DNA of 64,000 nt, taken from positions 32,001 through 96,000 of the forward strand of contig JAXGNU010000006.1 in NCBI GenBank assembly GCA_040767805.1. The letters run 5' to 3'. Of this stretch, positions 18,316 to 27,811 are shown in pieces. The position numbers and the translations under genes are program-made. The notes beneath the pieces are model-generated. The model saw only the letters and a list, made by a program, of their open reading frames with translations. It had not been told where the DNA came from and ran no database searches. This DNA comes from Thermovirgaceae bacterium (GTDB taxonomy: Bacteria; Synergistota; Synergistia; Synergistales; Thermovirgaceae). How positions within the stretch are numbered: position 1 is the stretch's first letter; each line of letters begins with the position of its first letter.

Positions 18316-20727
18316 ATGAAGGATTTTGAAAAGATGGGCTCTTTTTACCTGGGGAGAGAGGTGGACGACACCACCGGCTCGGCGACGGGTGAACTGCTCC
18401 TTTACGATGCCAAGGACCTCACCACCCACGGCATGATCATCGGGATGACCGGCAGCGGCAAGACGGGGCTCGCCATCTCGCTCATCGAGGAGGCCCTAAT
18501 CGACGAGATACCGGTGATAGCCATCGACCCCAAGGGCGACCTGCCAAACTTGCTTTTGACCTTCCCCGAACTGTCGCCGGGGGACTTCCTCCCCTGGGTG
18601 AGCCCCCAGGAGGCTTCCAGGGAGGGGCTCACGCCGGAGGAGTTCGCCCGGAAGACCGCGGAGACATGGAAAAAAGGCCTAGCGGAATGGGGCATCGACG
18701 GCGCCAGGATACACAAGATGAGGGAGTCCGTCGACCTGGCCGTCTACACCCCGGGTAGTACCGCCGGGAGGATGGTCAGCGTCCTCCGTTCCTTCGACGC
18801 CCCGCCGGAGGCCGTCAGGACCGACGGGGACCTCTTCCGGGAGAGGGTGCAGACCACCGCCTCGAGCCTCCTGGCGTTGATCGGGATCGAGGCCGATCCG
18901 CTGACGAGCCGGGAGCATATCCTCATCTCCAGGGTGCTGGAAGAAAAGTGGTCCCGGGGGGAATCCCTGGACATACCCTCCCTCATCGGGATGATACAGC
19001 TGCCGCCCTTCAGTTCCCTCGGCGTGCTGGACCTGGAGACCTTCTACCCCACCGGCGCGAGGATGGAACTGGCCCTGAAGCTGAACCACCTGGCGGCCGC
19101 GCCCTCCTTCGCCCCCTGGATGGAGGGGGAACCCCTCGACGCGGGACGGTTCCTCTACGCCCCCGACGGCAGGCCAAGGGCATCGATATTCACCATAAGC
19201 CATCTTTCCGAGCGGGAGAGGATGTTCTTCGTCTCCATGCTGCTGAACGAGGTGCTCGGGTGGGTGAGGACCCAGCCCGGTACATCGAGCCTGAGGGCCA
19301 TCCTCTACATGGACGAGATCTTCGGCTTCTTCCCTCCCGTGAAGAACCCGCCCTCCAAGACGGTCCTCCTCTCCCTGCTCAAGCAGGCCAGGGCCTACGG
19401 GCTGGGCGTACTCCTGGCGACCCAGAACCCCGTGGACCTGGACTACAAGGGAATAGCCAACACGGGGACCTGGTTCATCGGGAGGCTCCAGACGGAGCGC
19501 GACAAGGCGCGGATCCTCGAAGGGCTCAAGGGGGCGTCCGAAAAGGGCTTCCCCCTCCAGGAGGTCGACAGGATGATATCGGGCCTCGGCAAGCGGGTCT
19601 TCCTGCTGCACAACGTCCACGAGGACAGGCCCGTCCTCTTCCAGACCCGGTGGGCCATGTCCTACCTGGCGGGGCCCGTGACGAGGGAGCAGATAAAGAC
19701 CCTCGTGGGTGATGAGATCGCCCCGGCGGTGTCGGCGACGGCCCGGCCGGTGACATCACCCGCCGCCGGGACCTTGGCCCAGGCTTCCATCGAATCGAGG
19801 GTTATGGTCTCGGGGGTCAACTCCGTCTACCTGCCTGCACCGGCAGGGGTCGAGGCCGAATACGCCCCCTTCCTGGGCGCCTTCGCCAGCGTCCATTTTG
19901 ACGACAGGAAGCGATCGATCTCCGAGACGAGGAATTACGCCTTCGCCGTGGAGTTCGACCCCGGCCCCCTGACGGTGGACTGGCGGAACGCCTTCGAACT
20001 GAAGGCCGACCCCACCCGGCTGGCCCAGGGGGTCCCCTCGCCGGTCATGGCCGAGGCCCCGCCGGCGGGCCTCGACCCGAAAGCCTACACCCGGTGGGGT
20101 AGGGAATTCCTGAAGTGGCTGCCCCAGGAGGCCAGGCTGGCCGTCATGACCTGCCCCTCGCTGAAGGAGACCGCCAGGCCCGGCGAATCCAGGGCCGACT
20201 TTGCGGCCCGGGTGGCCCTGACCAGACGGGAGATCCGCGACGCCGAGGTCGAGAAGATCCGCCGGAAGTACGCTTCCAAGCTGACCACGCTCCAGAATCG
20301 GCTCATGAGGGCCGAGCAGGCCATCGAGAGGGAGACCGAGCAGGCCCGGCACAAGAAACTGGATACGGCCGTCTCCTTCGGGACGGCCCTGGCGGGTGCC
20401 TTCTTCGGCAGGAAGGTCAACACCTATTCAGCTTCGAGGATGGGGACCGCCATCTCCAAGGCGGCGCGGCTCCAAAAGGAGAGCGGCGACGTTGCCCGGG
20501 CGCGGGAGACCGCCGCGGCCGTCAGGCAGGAGATGGCCGAACTGGAGGCCGCGATGGAAGGGGAGGTCAACGCCCTGATCCCCGTGGATTCGCCCGAGAT
20601 GATGATCCAGGAGGAGTTCATAACCCCCAAAGCCTCAGGGGTCAGCCTCACCCTCCTGGGCCTTTTGTGGCTACCCTACTCCAGGAACCCCCAGGGAGGG
20701 CTCACCCCCCTTTGGGGAGAGTTGTGA
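18316..20727 (+). CDS. HerA/FtsK-superfamily (DUF87-like) P-loop ATPase with C-terminal coiled coil
   Basis: Walker A GMTGSGKT, IDPKGD, Walker B LYMDE, KQARAYG..ATQNP; AGGAGG RBS. Confidence 0.75.
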   Translation: MKDFEKMGSFYLGREVDDTTGSATGELLLYDAKDLTTHGMIIGMTGSGKTGLAISLIEEALIDEIPVIAIDPKGDLPNLLLTFPELSPGDFLPWVSPQEASREGLTPEEFARKTAETWKKGLAEWGIDGARIHKMRESVDLAVYTPGSTAGRMVSVLRSFDAPPEAVRTDGDLFRERVQTTASSLLALIGIEADPLTSREHILISRVLEEKWSRGESLDIPSLIGMIQLPPFSSLGVLDLETFYPTGARMELALKLNHLAAAPSFAPWMEGEPLDAGRFLYAPDGRPRASIFTISHLSERERMFFVSMLLNEVLGWVRTQPGTSSLRAILYMDEIFGFFPPVKNPPSKTVLLSLLKQARAYGLGVLLATQNPVDLDYKGIANTGTWFIGRLQTERDKARILEGLKGASEKGFPLQEVDRMISGLGKRVFLLHNVHEDRPVLFQTRWAMSYLAGPVTREQIKTLVGDEIAPAVSATARPVTSPAAGTLAQASIESRVMVSGVNSVYLPAPAGVEAEYAPFLGAFASVHFDDRKRSISETRNYAFAVEFDPGPLTVDWRNAFELKADPTRLAQGVPSPVMAEAPPAGLDPKAYTRWGREFLKWLPQEARLAVMTCPSLKETARPGESRADFAARVALTRREIRDAEVEKIRRKYASKLTTLQNRLMRAEQAIERETEQARHKKLDTAVSFGTALAGAFFGRKVNTYSASRMGTAISKAARLQKESGDVARARETAAAVRQEMAELEAAMEGEVNALIPVDSPEMMIQEEFITPKASGVSLTLLGLLWLPYSRNPQGGLTPLWGEL

Positions 20728-20749
20728 CAACGCGACCCAAGGAGGCGCG

Positions 20750-21358
20750 ATGAAAAAAAGGGTCGTCCTTTTCCTGGTCCTGACCGTCCTCATGGCGGGG
20801 ATGCTGTTGGCCTGGGGGAGGTTCGGACCCGTGCCCCACGGGCGGGTGGTTGTTCCCGAGGACCCCGGGGTGAAAACCCCGGAGGTCGAGGTGACGGCCG
20901 AACCGACGCCTGAGAGCGCCGCCTCGCCGGCCCGGAGCGGCGGGGTCGCCCCCGGTCCGGCTTTTCGCCCCGCCCAGGGGGAACCCTTCAGCCGGGAGGA
21001 CCTGGAGGCCGCCCGGACCCCCAGGGGCGATGTCATCACCGGGAGGCAAGGTGAGGCCGTCTTCGACCCCGCGAGCATCCACCCCGCCGTAGGGGACATG
21101 GCCAGGCAGGCCAAGGAGATCGTCGAGGAACTGGACAAAAGGACCCTCGAAACGACGGAGAAAGTCCTCGAGGCGCTGCCCTTCGTGAATATACGGCCGG
21201 AGAAGGCGGAACTGCGCCCCTCCGGCGACGGCGTGAAGCTGACGATCACCGTGGACCCCGAGGACATCTCCTTCGGGACCAAGCGCCGGGACGAAGCGGC
21301 CCCCGCGGCTGAAGCCTCGTCGGGGGATGAAGAGGAAGGTCAAAAACCGGGGCGATGA
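20750..21358 (+). CDS. Hypothetical membrane-anchored/exported protein
   Basis: AGGAGG RBS; MKKR plus hydrophobic segment, Pro/Ala-rich linker. Confidence 0.65.
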   Translation: MKKRVVLFLVLTVLMAGMLLAWGRFGPVPHGRVVVPEDPGVKTPEVEVTAEPTPESAASPARSGGVAPGPAFRPAQGEPFSREDLEAARTPRGDVITGRQGEAVFDPASIHPAVGDMARQAKEIVEELDKRTLETTEKVLEALPFVNIRPEKAELRPSGDGVKLTITVDPEDISFGTKRRDEAAPAAEASSGDEEEGQKPGR

Positions 21359-21426
21359 TATACAATTGCCCCACACCCCGGGGAGGGAGAACCCGCCCCG
21401 GAAGAGACGATGGAGGTGTTGGACCG

Positions 21427-21807
21427 ATGAGGAAAACCGTTGCGACACCGGGAGCGCCCGCCGCCATAGGCCCCTACAGCCAGGCCGTTTGGGCGGGCGA
21501 CCTGCTTTTCGTTTCGGGCCAGATCTGCATGGACCCGAAGACGGGCGCCCTGGTGGGAGAGACCGCCGCTGAGCAGGCGGAACAGGTCCTCAGGAACCTG
21601 GGCGCGATCCTCGAGTCCCAGGGGCTCTCCTTCGCGGACGTGGTGAAGGCCACGGTTTACGCCAAGGATATGAACGATTTCCAGGCCGTCAACGAGGTCT
21701 ACGCCAGGTTCTTCGACGCCGACCCCCCCGCCAGGGTCTTCATCGAAGTGGCGCGGCTGCCGAAGGACGTCCTGGTCGAGGTGGACGCCATCGCCGTCAA
21801 GGGCTAG
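21427..21807 (+). CDS. ridA: RidA (YjgF/YER057c/UK114) enamine deaminase
   Basis: APAAIGPYSQA, SGQI, PPAR, LPKDVLVE. Confidence 0.88.
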   Translation: MRKTVATPGAPAAIGPYSQAVWAGDLLFVSGQICMDPKTGALVGETAAEQAEQVLRNLGAILESQGLSFADVVKATVYAKDMNDFQAVNEVYARFFDADPPARVFIEVARLPKDVLVEVDAIAVKG

Positions 21808-21811
21808 AGCA

Positions 21812-21840
21812 TTGACAAAGGGGCGGAAAATACGTACTGT
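21812..21840 (+). promoter_or_regulatory. Sigma70-type promoter of cold-shock gene
   Basis: TTGACA (21812-21817), 17 nt spacer, TACTGT (21835-21840). Confidence 0.65.
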
Positions 21841-21895
21841 TTTACCAACCGGTTAAAACGCCGGCAGATTCTTTTGTATGGGAGGCATTATCCAA

Positions 21896-22096
21896 ATGCA
21901 GGGTACGGTCAAATGGTTCAACGAAGCCAAGGGGTACGGTTTCATCACCCCCGACGAAGGCAACGATGTCTTCGTCCACTTCAGCGCGATCCTGGGTGAG
22001 GGCTTCAAGACACTGGCGGAAGGACAGCGTGTCGAGTTCGAGGTGGTGCAGGGAGAAAAGGGCCCCCAGGCCGCAAACGTGGAGAAGATCTCCTGA
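21896..22096 (+). CDS. Cold-shock protein (CspA family)
   Basis: [32 protein letters not shown]. Confidence 0.96.
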   Translation: MQGTVKWFNEAKGYGFITPDEGNDVFVHFSAILGEGFKTLAEGQRVEFEVVQGEKGPQAANVEKIS

Positions 22097-22261
22097 CCTC
22101 ATTCCTCAAGACATAGCGGGCGAACCATGGCGAGCGGCGGCACCTCCCCCGGGGGGTGCCGCTTTTTAAGGGGGAAGATGAGGAAAAACCCTCACAGGGC
22201 TTGCCCTGGGGCGCAAGGGATGGGATAATCCCCTTGAACAAAGCCTTTTTTCGAGAGGAGG

Positions 22262-22546
22262 ATGACAGCAGTGAACAAATCGGAACTGGTCCAGGCCGTG
22301 GCGAAATCGGTGGGCCTCACCAACACCAAGGCGGCCCAGGTGGTATCGACAGTGATCGGCGAGATCGCCGGGACCCTGGCCAAGGGTGAGAAAGTCCAGA
22401 TCGCGGGCTTTGGCACCTTCGAGGTCAGGCAGAGAGCGGCGAGAGAGGCTCGCAACCCCCAGGACCCCACGAAGAAGGTCAAGGTCCCAGCGAGAAAGGT
22501 TCCCGCCTTCCGCGCCGGGAAGGCTCTCAAGGACAAGGTCCGTTAG
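22262..22546 (+). CDS. hup: HU-family DNA-binding protein
   Basis: NKSELV, GFGTFEVR, ARNPQ, PAFRAGKALK; start may be GTG 22271. Confidence 0.93.
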   Translation: MTAVNKSELVQAVAKSVGLTNTKAAQVVSTVIGEIAGTLAKGEKVQIAGFGTFEVRQRAAREARNPQDPTKKVKVPARKVPAFRAGKALKDKVR

Positions 22547-22565
22547 GTTTCCGTCTTATTCCCCT

Positions 22566-22592
22566 TCCGCCCCTCGACGGGGCGGATTTTTT
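22566..22592 (+). terminator. Intrinsic terminator after hup
   Basis: TCCGCCCC-tcgac-GGGGCGGA followed by T6. Confidence 0.85.
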
Positions 22593-22707
22593 ATTGCCCC
22601 GGGATTGACCCCCGGCCTGCCGGCCTTCGAATCCGACCCCCATGCCGCTGAAGAGGACTGTCACGGGGCACCGGCTCATTTTTCCGAAGGAGGAGAGGTC
22701 AAGGGAT

Positions 22708-23481
22708 ATGAAAAACCTCGTCAGGATGAAGCTCGAAGCGAAGGAGACGGTGATAGGGCCCTTCGTGGGGATAGACAGTCCCGACCTGGTGGAGATCATG
22801 GGCCTGGCGGGCTTTGACTTCTGCGTCATCGACACGGAGCACGGCCCCATGGACCCGGGGTCCATCCAGGGGCTGGTAAGGGCGGCGGAGCTCTCGGGGA
22901 TGACCCCCGTGGTCCGCGTCCCCCGCGCCGAGCCCGTGGACATCCTTAAGGTCCTCGACGTGGGTGCCCACTGCATCCACGTCCCCCAGGTGAACACCGT
23001 CGAGGCGGCCGAGGCAGTGGCGCGGGCTGCCCGCTACCACCCCGAAGGCATGCGGGGCGTAGCCGTGCCGAGGGGCCTATCCTACGGGCTGAAGCCGCTG
23101 GGGGAGTCCCTGGAGGAGGCCAACCGCGAGGTCATGGTGATCGCCCACTGCGAGAGCGCCGACGGCCTGGAGAGGTTGGACGGGATAGCCGCCGTGGAGG
23201 GGATAGACATGATCTTCGTGGGGCCCTACGACCTCTCCCAGTCCCTGGGGGTGCCGGGCGATATTTTTCATCCCTCCATGGTGAAAGCCGTCGCACGGGC
23301 TCTCGAAGCGATAAACCGCGCCGGGAAGACCGCGGGGATCTTCGTCACGACCCCCGAGGAAGCGGCGCGCCGCATCGGCGAAGGGTTCCGCTACATCGGC
23401 TACAGCGTGGACGGCCTCATCTTCGGCAAGGCCTGCACCGAGGTCGTCAACACCTTGAAAAACCACAGGCGGGGCACTTGA
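22708..23481 (+). CDS. HpcH/HpaI class II aldolase
   Basis: GFDF..IDTEHG, VVRVP, LDVGA, YHPEGMRG, FVGPYDLS.SLG; 3' end overlaps nrdJ by 35 bp. Confidence 0.88.
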   Translation: MKNLVRMKLEAKETVIGPFVGIDSPDLVEIMGLAGFDFCVIDTEHGPMDPGSIQGLVRAAELSGMTPVVRVPRAEPVDILKVLDVGAHCIHVPQVNTVEAAEAVARAARYHPEGMRGVAVPRGLSYGLKPLGESLEEANREVMVIAHCESADGLERLDGIAAVEGIDMIFVGPYDLSQSLGVPGDIFHPSMVKAVARALEAINRAGKTAGIFVTTPEEAARRIGEGFRYIGYSVDGLIFGKACTEVVNTLKNHRRGT

Positions 23482-26400
23482 TGCACCCCTCCTGCCTGGT
23501 CATGGAGGCCCCGCAGACGGGGCACATGTCCGTATCGGAGAGGGACTCCATCATGCCCTTCTCCTCCATGTCCAGGTAGCCCATGCTGAGCAGCCCGTAG
23601 GCTATCGCGTCGGGCACGGACATGATGACGCCGTTGCCGTGCCACACCGGCTGGGAGCCCCCGATGCCCTTCATCTGCTTGATAATGGAGTGGAGCCTCA
23701 CGCCGCTCCTCAGCGAGAGGGAGATCAGCCTTCCGATGGCCTCGGTGAAGGCCATCGTCTCGTGGCCCGATTTGCCCATGGTGGTGAAGACCTCCACGGG
23801 CCGGCCGTTCACCTCGTTAACCGTCAGGTAGAGGTTGCCGTAACTGGTGGGTATCTTGGCGGTCTTCCCCCCCAGGATGAAGGGGCGCTCCATGGGGCTC
23901 TCCACCTCCGACACCTGCGGTATCGGCAGGGCCTGCTGGACGGCGGGCTTGTCCACGTAGAGGACCTGGCCCGAACGGCACCCGTCGCGGAAGACGGTGA
24001 TGCCCTTGCAGTGGGTCTTCCAGGCCAGGATGTAGGCCTTCTCCACGTCCTCCACGGTGGCGCTGTTGGGCATGTTGATGGTCTTGCTCACGGCGTTGTC
24101 CACGTTCTCCTGGAAGGCCGACTGCATCCTTACGTGCCACTCGGGGGCTATCTGGTGGGACGTCTTGAAGACCCTGGCGACCGTCACGGGCGATTCTCCC
24201 CCCTCCAGGGCCTCCACGTAGTAGCGGTTGCGGTAGGAGAACTGCTTGCCCTCCAGGACCTCCTTGGTGAACTCCAGGGCGAAGACGGGCTCTATCCCCG
24301 AGGAGCAGTCGGCGATCATGGAGAGGGAACCCGTGGGCGCTATGGTGGTTATGGTGGAGTTCCGAAGCCCCGAATCGGGCAGGGCGGGGCACGCCCCCCT
24401 CGACAGGGCCAGGGCGGCGCTCTCCTGCCGGCCTGCGGCGTTTATGGCCCCCATGATGCTCCTGCCCAGGTCCAGGGCCTCCTCCGAGTCGTAGGGTATC
24501 CTCAACTGGAAGAGCATGTCCGCCCAGCCCATCACCCCAAGGCCTATCTTGCGGGTCAACTTGACCATCTCCTCGATCCGGGGGAGAGGGTAGCGGTTCA
24601 CGTCGATCACGTCGTCGAGGAAGCGCACGGCCAGCCTGGTGGTCAGCCGGATCTTCTCCCAGTCCACCTTGCCGCCTTCCACCATGTGGCCCAGGTTTAT
24701 GCTCCCCAGGTTGCACGCCTCGTAGGGGAGGAGAGGCTGCTCGCCGCAGTTGTGGACCACCAGCCCGTTGGCATCAAAGGAGTTTTTGCCCGGGACCGTG
24801 ACGTCGAACACCTCCTCGATGCCGTCGGGGACCAGCCGATCGACGGTCGCGGCGAAAGGTTCCTTCTCCATCCTCTGCCCGTAACGGCCGAGGCCGTCCA
24901 TGAGTTTCCCCTGTTTGACGGGGTCCTGGAAACCCACCCTTTCAGAAAAAAGCCCGGTATTTTCCCCGGAGATCACCAGTTCGTGCCGCAGGGACGCCCG
25001 GTGGGCCTTCATGCCCCCCTCGCCGGCCCGCTCCTGGTTTTCATGGATCCTGCCTATGATCCCCAGCCTCAAGAGCATCCTCTGGACGGCCTTGAGGGCC
25101 GGCAATGAACCTTGGCCCAGCCGGACGATTACGCCCTTTCCCTGTTCGACCCGGATCGAACCGTCGGCGTCGAAGAACCCGCCGAGGAACCCCCTTACAA
25201 AAGCCGAAGAGGTTTCGGTCTCCATTTTTCGCGTAACGCCCTTGTCCCCGGGCGACATTCCAAGGGATAGGGCCAGGAACCCCGATGATTGAACGGCCAT
25301 GGGGCCTTGCCCCATATTCTCCTCTCCGGCGGCCTTCGCATAGGGAGCCCAAGGGGAAAGGACGGCCTCGTCCTCACCGGCCGTTCCCTCGCAGGCCAGG
25401 AGCCCGATGGCATAGCCCTGTTCCAGGGTTCCAAGGCCCTCCCAATCCGTCCACGAACGGTGGTCGTTCAGCTTTATCCTGTCGCCGTATCTGAGTTTCC
25501 CGGCGGGGACCCATTCGGTTCCCTCCCCATCGGGGGTTTTCCCTTGCACCCTTAACACCGGGTGGTCTTCGGTGAGCTTGAGGCTGAAACCCTCCCTGGT
25601 CTCGAGGCGGAAGACCGGTTTTTCCCCGGTCTTGAAAAACCCTTCTTCGGAAGAAGAAACTCTCTTTCCGTTGAGCAAAAGGTCGATCTTCCTGCCGCAA
25701 AGGTCCCCGGCTGGTTTGGGCCCCTCCACGGTATGGACCAGGGTGTCACCGGTGACGCAGGGGTTGGTAGAAGTGATGGGGCCCAGGTGGGACAGGGGGT
25801 TGTCCTTGTTCAACTTGTCCAGGAAGACCATGCCGGGGTCCCCGGTCTTCCAGGCCATCTCGCATATCAGCGCCATCAGCTCCCTGGCCTTGACGGTGCG
25901 GACGACCTCCCGGGTCCTGGGGTTCTTGAGGTCCCAGTAGCCGTCGTTCTCGACGGCCCTCATGAAGTCATCGGTGGCGCCCACGGATATGTTGAAGTTG
26001 GCGAGCTTGCCCTCCTCTGTCTTGGCCCGGATGAAGTCGAAGACGTCAGGGTGGTCGGCGTTCAGGATGCCCATGTTGGCGCCCCTTCTCATCCCACCCT
26101 GCATGACCACCTCCGTGGCGTGGTCGAACATTCCCATGAAGGAGACGGGGCCCGACGCCACGCCGTTCGTGCTGGAGACCTTGTCCCCCCTGGGCCTCAG
26201 CTCGCTGAAGTTGTACCCCGTGCCGCCGCCGGACTTGTGGATCAGGGCCATGTGCTTCAAGGAGTCGAAGATGCCCTCCATGCTGTCCTCGACGGGGAGC
26301 ACGAAGCAGGCCGCCAGCTGCCCTCCCAGGCGCCCGGCGTTCATGAGGGTGGGACTGTTGGGCAGGAAGTCCAGGCGGGCCATGATGTCGTGGAACATCT

Positions 26401-26596
26401 TGACGATGGTCTCGTCGGAGGGATCCTCCTCGGAGGCGGCGACGGAGCGGGCCACCCTCCAGAACAGCTCGTCGGGCGTCTCGATGACCTTGCCGTCCTC
26501 GTCCTTGAGCAGGTACCTCTCCTCGAGGACCCTCAAGGCGTTGTCCGACAAGGACTGGTCCCTATTCACCGGGTTTCCGGATCCGTCCATGGCCAT
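23447..26596 (-). CDS. nrdJ: Class II (B12-dependent) ribonucleotide reductase with intein, C-terminal TSCPD-like domain and Zn ribbon
   Basis: FLPNSPTLMNAG, QLAACFV, GGGTG, RRGANM, TNP|CGEQ, CNLGSINL, IAPTG, KGITVFRDG, C-terminal CPVC...CPACG; no adjacent beta subunit. Confidence 0.9.
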   Translation of the reverse strand: MAMDGSGNPVNRDQSLSDNALRVLEERYLLKDEDGKVIETPDELFWRVARSVAASEEDPSDETIVKMFHDIMARLDFLPNSPTLMNAGRLGGQLAACFVLPVEDSMEGIFDSLKHMALIHKSGGGTGYNFSELRPRGDKVSSTNGVASGPVSFMGMFDHATEVVMQGGMRRGANMGILNADHPDVFDFIRAKTEEGKLANFNISVGATDDFMRAVENDGYWDLKNPRTREVVRTVKARELMALICEMAWKTGDPGMVFLDKLNKDNPLSHLGPITSTNPCVTGDTLVHTVEGPKPAGDLCGRKIDLLLNGKRVSSSEEGFFKTGEKPVFRLETREGFSLKLTEDHPVLRVQGKTPDGEGTEWVPAGKLRYGDRIKLNDHRSWTDWEGLGTLEQGYAIGLLACEGTAGEDEAVLSPWAPYAKAAGEENMGQGPMAVQSSGFLALSLGMSPGDKGVTRKMETETSSAFVRGFLGGFFDADGSIRVEQGKGVIVRLGQGSLPALKAVQRMLLRLGIIGRIHENQERAGEGGMKAHRASLRHELVISGENTGLFSERVGFQDPVKQGKLMDGLGRYGQRMEKEPFAATVDRLVPDGIEEVFDVTVPGKNSFDANGLVVHNCGEQPLLPYEACNLGSINLGHMVEGGKVDWEKIRLTTRLAVRFLDDVIDVNRYPLPRIEEMVKLTRKIGLGVMGWADMLFQLRIPYDSEEALDLGRSIMGAINAAGRQESAALALSRGACPALPDSGLRNSTITTIAPTGSLSMIADCSSGIEPVFALEFTKEVLEGKQFSYRNRYYVEALEGGESPVTVARVFKTSHQIAPEWHVRMQSAFQENVDNAVSKTINMPNSATVEDVEKAYILAWKTHCKGITVFRDGCRSGQVLYVDKPAVQQALPIPQVSEVESPMERPFILGGKTAKIPTSYGNLYLTVNEVNGRPVEVFTTMGKSGHETMAFTEAIGRLISLSLRSGVRLHSIIKQMKGIGGSQPVWHGNGVIMSVPDAIAYGLLSMGYLDMEEKGMMESLSDTDMCPVCGASMTRQEGCIKCPACGFSRC
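24749..25759 (-). mobile_element. Intein (337 aa) with LAGLIDADG-type endonuclease region in nrdJ
   Basis: Starts CVTGDT, block B LTEDHPV, FLGGFFDADG, ends VFDVTV...ANGLVVHN followed by Cys; removal restores TNPCGEQ. Confidence 0.95.
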
Positions 26597-26624
26597 GATC
26601 TCCCTTTCTCCTTCGCCCCCAGGG

Positions 26625-26671
26625 GCACTTGATGTGTGGTCGTTCCCGGCTGTACCCTCAACATCTAGCGT
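26625..26671. promoter_or_regulatory. Putative NrdR boxes upstream of nrdJ
   Basis: cctCAACATCTAGcgt (26656-26671) fits the NrdR consensus; a weaker copy lies 31 bp away (26625-26640). Confidence 0.55.
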
Positions 26672-26733
26672 ATCACGAACATTGGGGCCTTATAATAACC
26701 CCCCGGGTCGCGATTGGGTACAGGCCTTTCGTC

Positions 26734-27651
26734 TCATAGTACTCTCAGGGAAAGGGACTTTGATAGCTCCTCGAGGACCCTGATCCCCCCTATGGAGTTG
26801 CCCCTCTCGTCGAGGGCCGGGCCCGCTACGGCCACGCCGGCCCTCCCCGCCACGGAACCCATTATCCCGCCGCCCACACCGCTCTTGGCGGGGAACCCCA
26901 CCCTAACGGCGAAGTCACCGGACCCGTCGTAGAGGCCGCAGGTCATCATGAGGGCCCTCAGGACAAGGGAGGTCCTCCTGGTGAAGACCCGCTCCCGCGT
27001 CATGGGGTTCACGCCGCCGCCGGCCAGGGTGGCCCCCATGACGGCCAGGTCCTCCACGGAGCATTCGATGGCGCACTGCCTGAAGTAGGAGTCGAGTATG
27101 TCATCCACATTCCCCTCCATGGCCTCCACGCTCCGCAGGAAGTACCCCAGGGACCGGTTCCGGTCGCTGGTCTCCTTCTCCGAAGCCGCCACCGCCTGGT
27201 TCACCCCGAGCCGTTCGTTGCCCGACATCCGGCGCGTCGTCTCCAGCACCGCCGCCAGGCGCTCGGAACTGCCGCTGAAAGGGAGCAGCGAGAGGACGAG
27301 GATGGCCCCCGAGTTGATCAGGGGGTTCTGGGGCCGGTGGGGGGCCCTCATCTCGAGCCTCATGATGGAATTGAAGGGATCGGCGCTGGGCTCCACTCCG
27401 ATCCGGGTGAAGACGGCCTCCTCGCCGCAGAGCTCCAGGGCCAGCCCCAGGGATGCCACCTTGGAGATGGACTGCATGGTGATCATCGTGCCGGTATCCC
27501 CGGCCGAACAGACCCGGCCGTCCAGCCCGCAGTAGGCCGCCGCCAGGGCCATGGGGTCCGACTTGGCCAGTTCGGGTATGTAGGTCGCCACCGCCCCTTG
27601 CTCCAGGACGCCCCTGCCGATGCTGACGGCCTCATCCAGGACGATCTCCAT
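26734..27651 (-). CDS. glsA: Glutaminase A
   Basis: VATYIPELAK, QSISK, GVEPS..PFNS, NPLINSGA, CGLYDGSG, PAKSGVGGG. Confidence 0.93.
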   Translation of the reverse strand: MEIVLDEAVSIGRGVLEQGAVATYIPELAKSDPMALAAAYCGLDGRVCSAGDTGTMITMQSISKVASLGLALELCGEEAVFTRIGVEPSADPFNSIMRLEMRAPHRPQNPLINSGAILVLSLLPFSGSSERLAAVLETTRRMSGNERLGVNQAVAASEKETSDRNRSLGYFLRSVEAMEGNVDDILDSYFRQCAIECSVEDLAVMGATLAGGGVNPMTRERVFTRRTSLVLRALMMTCGLYDGSGDFAVRVGFPAKSGVGGGIMGSVAGRAGVAVAGPALDERGNSIGGIRVLEELSKSLSLRVL

Positions 27652-27811
27652 TCTTTACCCTCCTTTCGCCCTTCCTTCAGATACTATAAAGACACCCTCG
27701 CTGTTATTATAAAGGCGATCGCCCTTTTAAAACCCCCCTTCGGGTGAAAAGAAGACCGGGGGAGGCCCGCCCCCGGCGGGGGGACCATCCTGGCGACCAG
27801 GGAGAAGGCTC

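Noticed and set aside
23447..23481. Convergent 3' overlaps (aldolase/nrdJ; also 28536-28555, 26734 region)
   Set aside because: Short tail-to-tail overlaps are common in compact GC-rich genomes; no sign of a special function.
26597..26733. Cobalamin riboswitch upstream of nrdJ
   Set aside because: Region is short and no B12-box was recognised.
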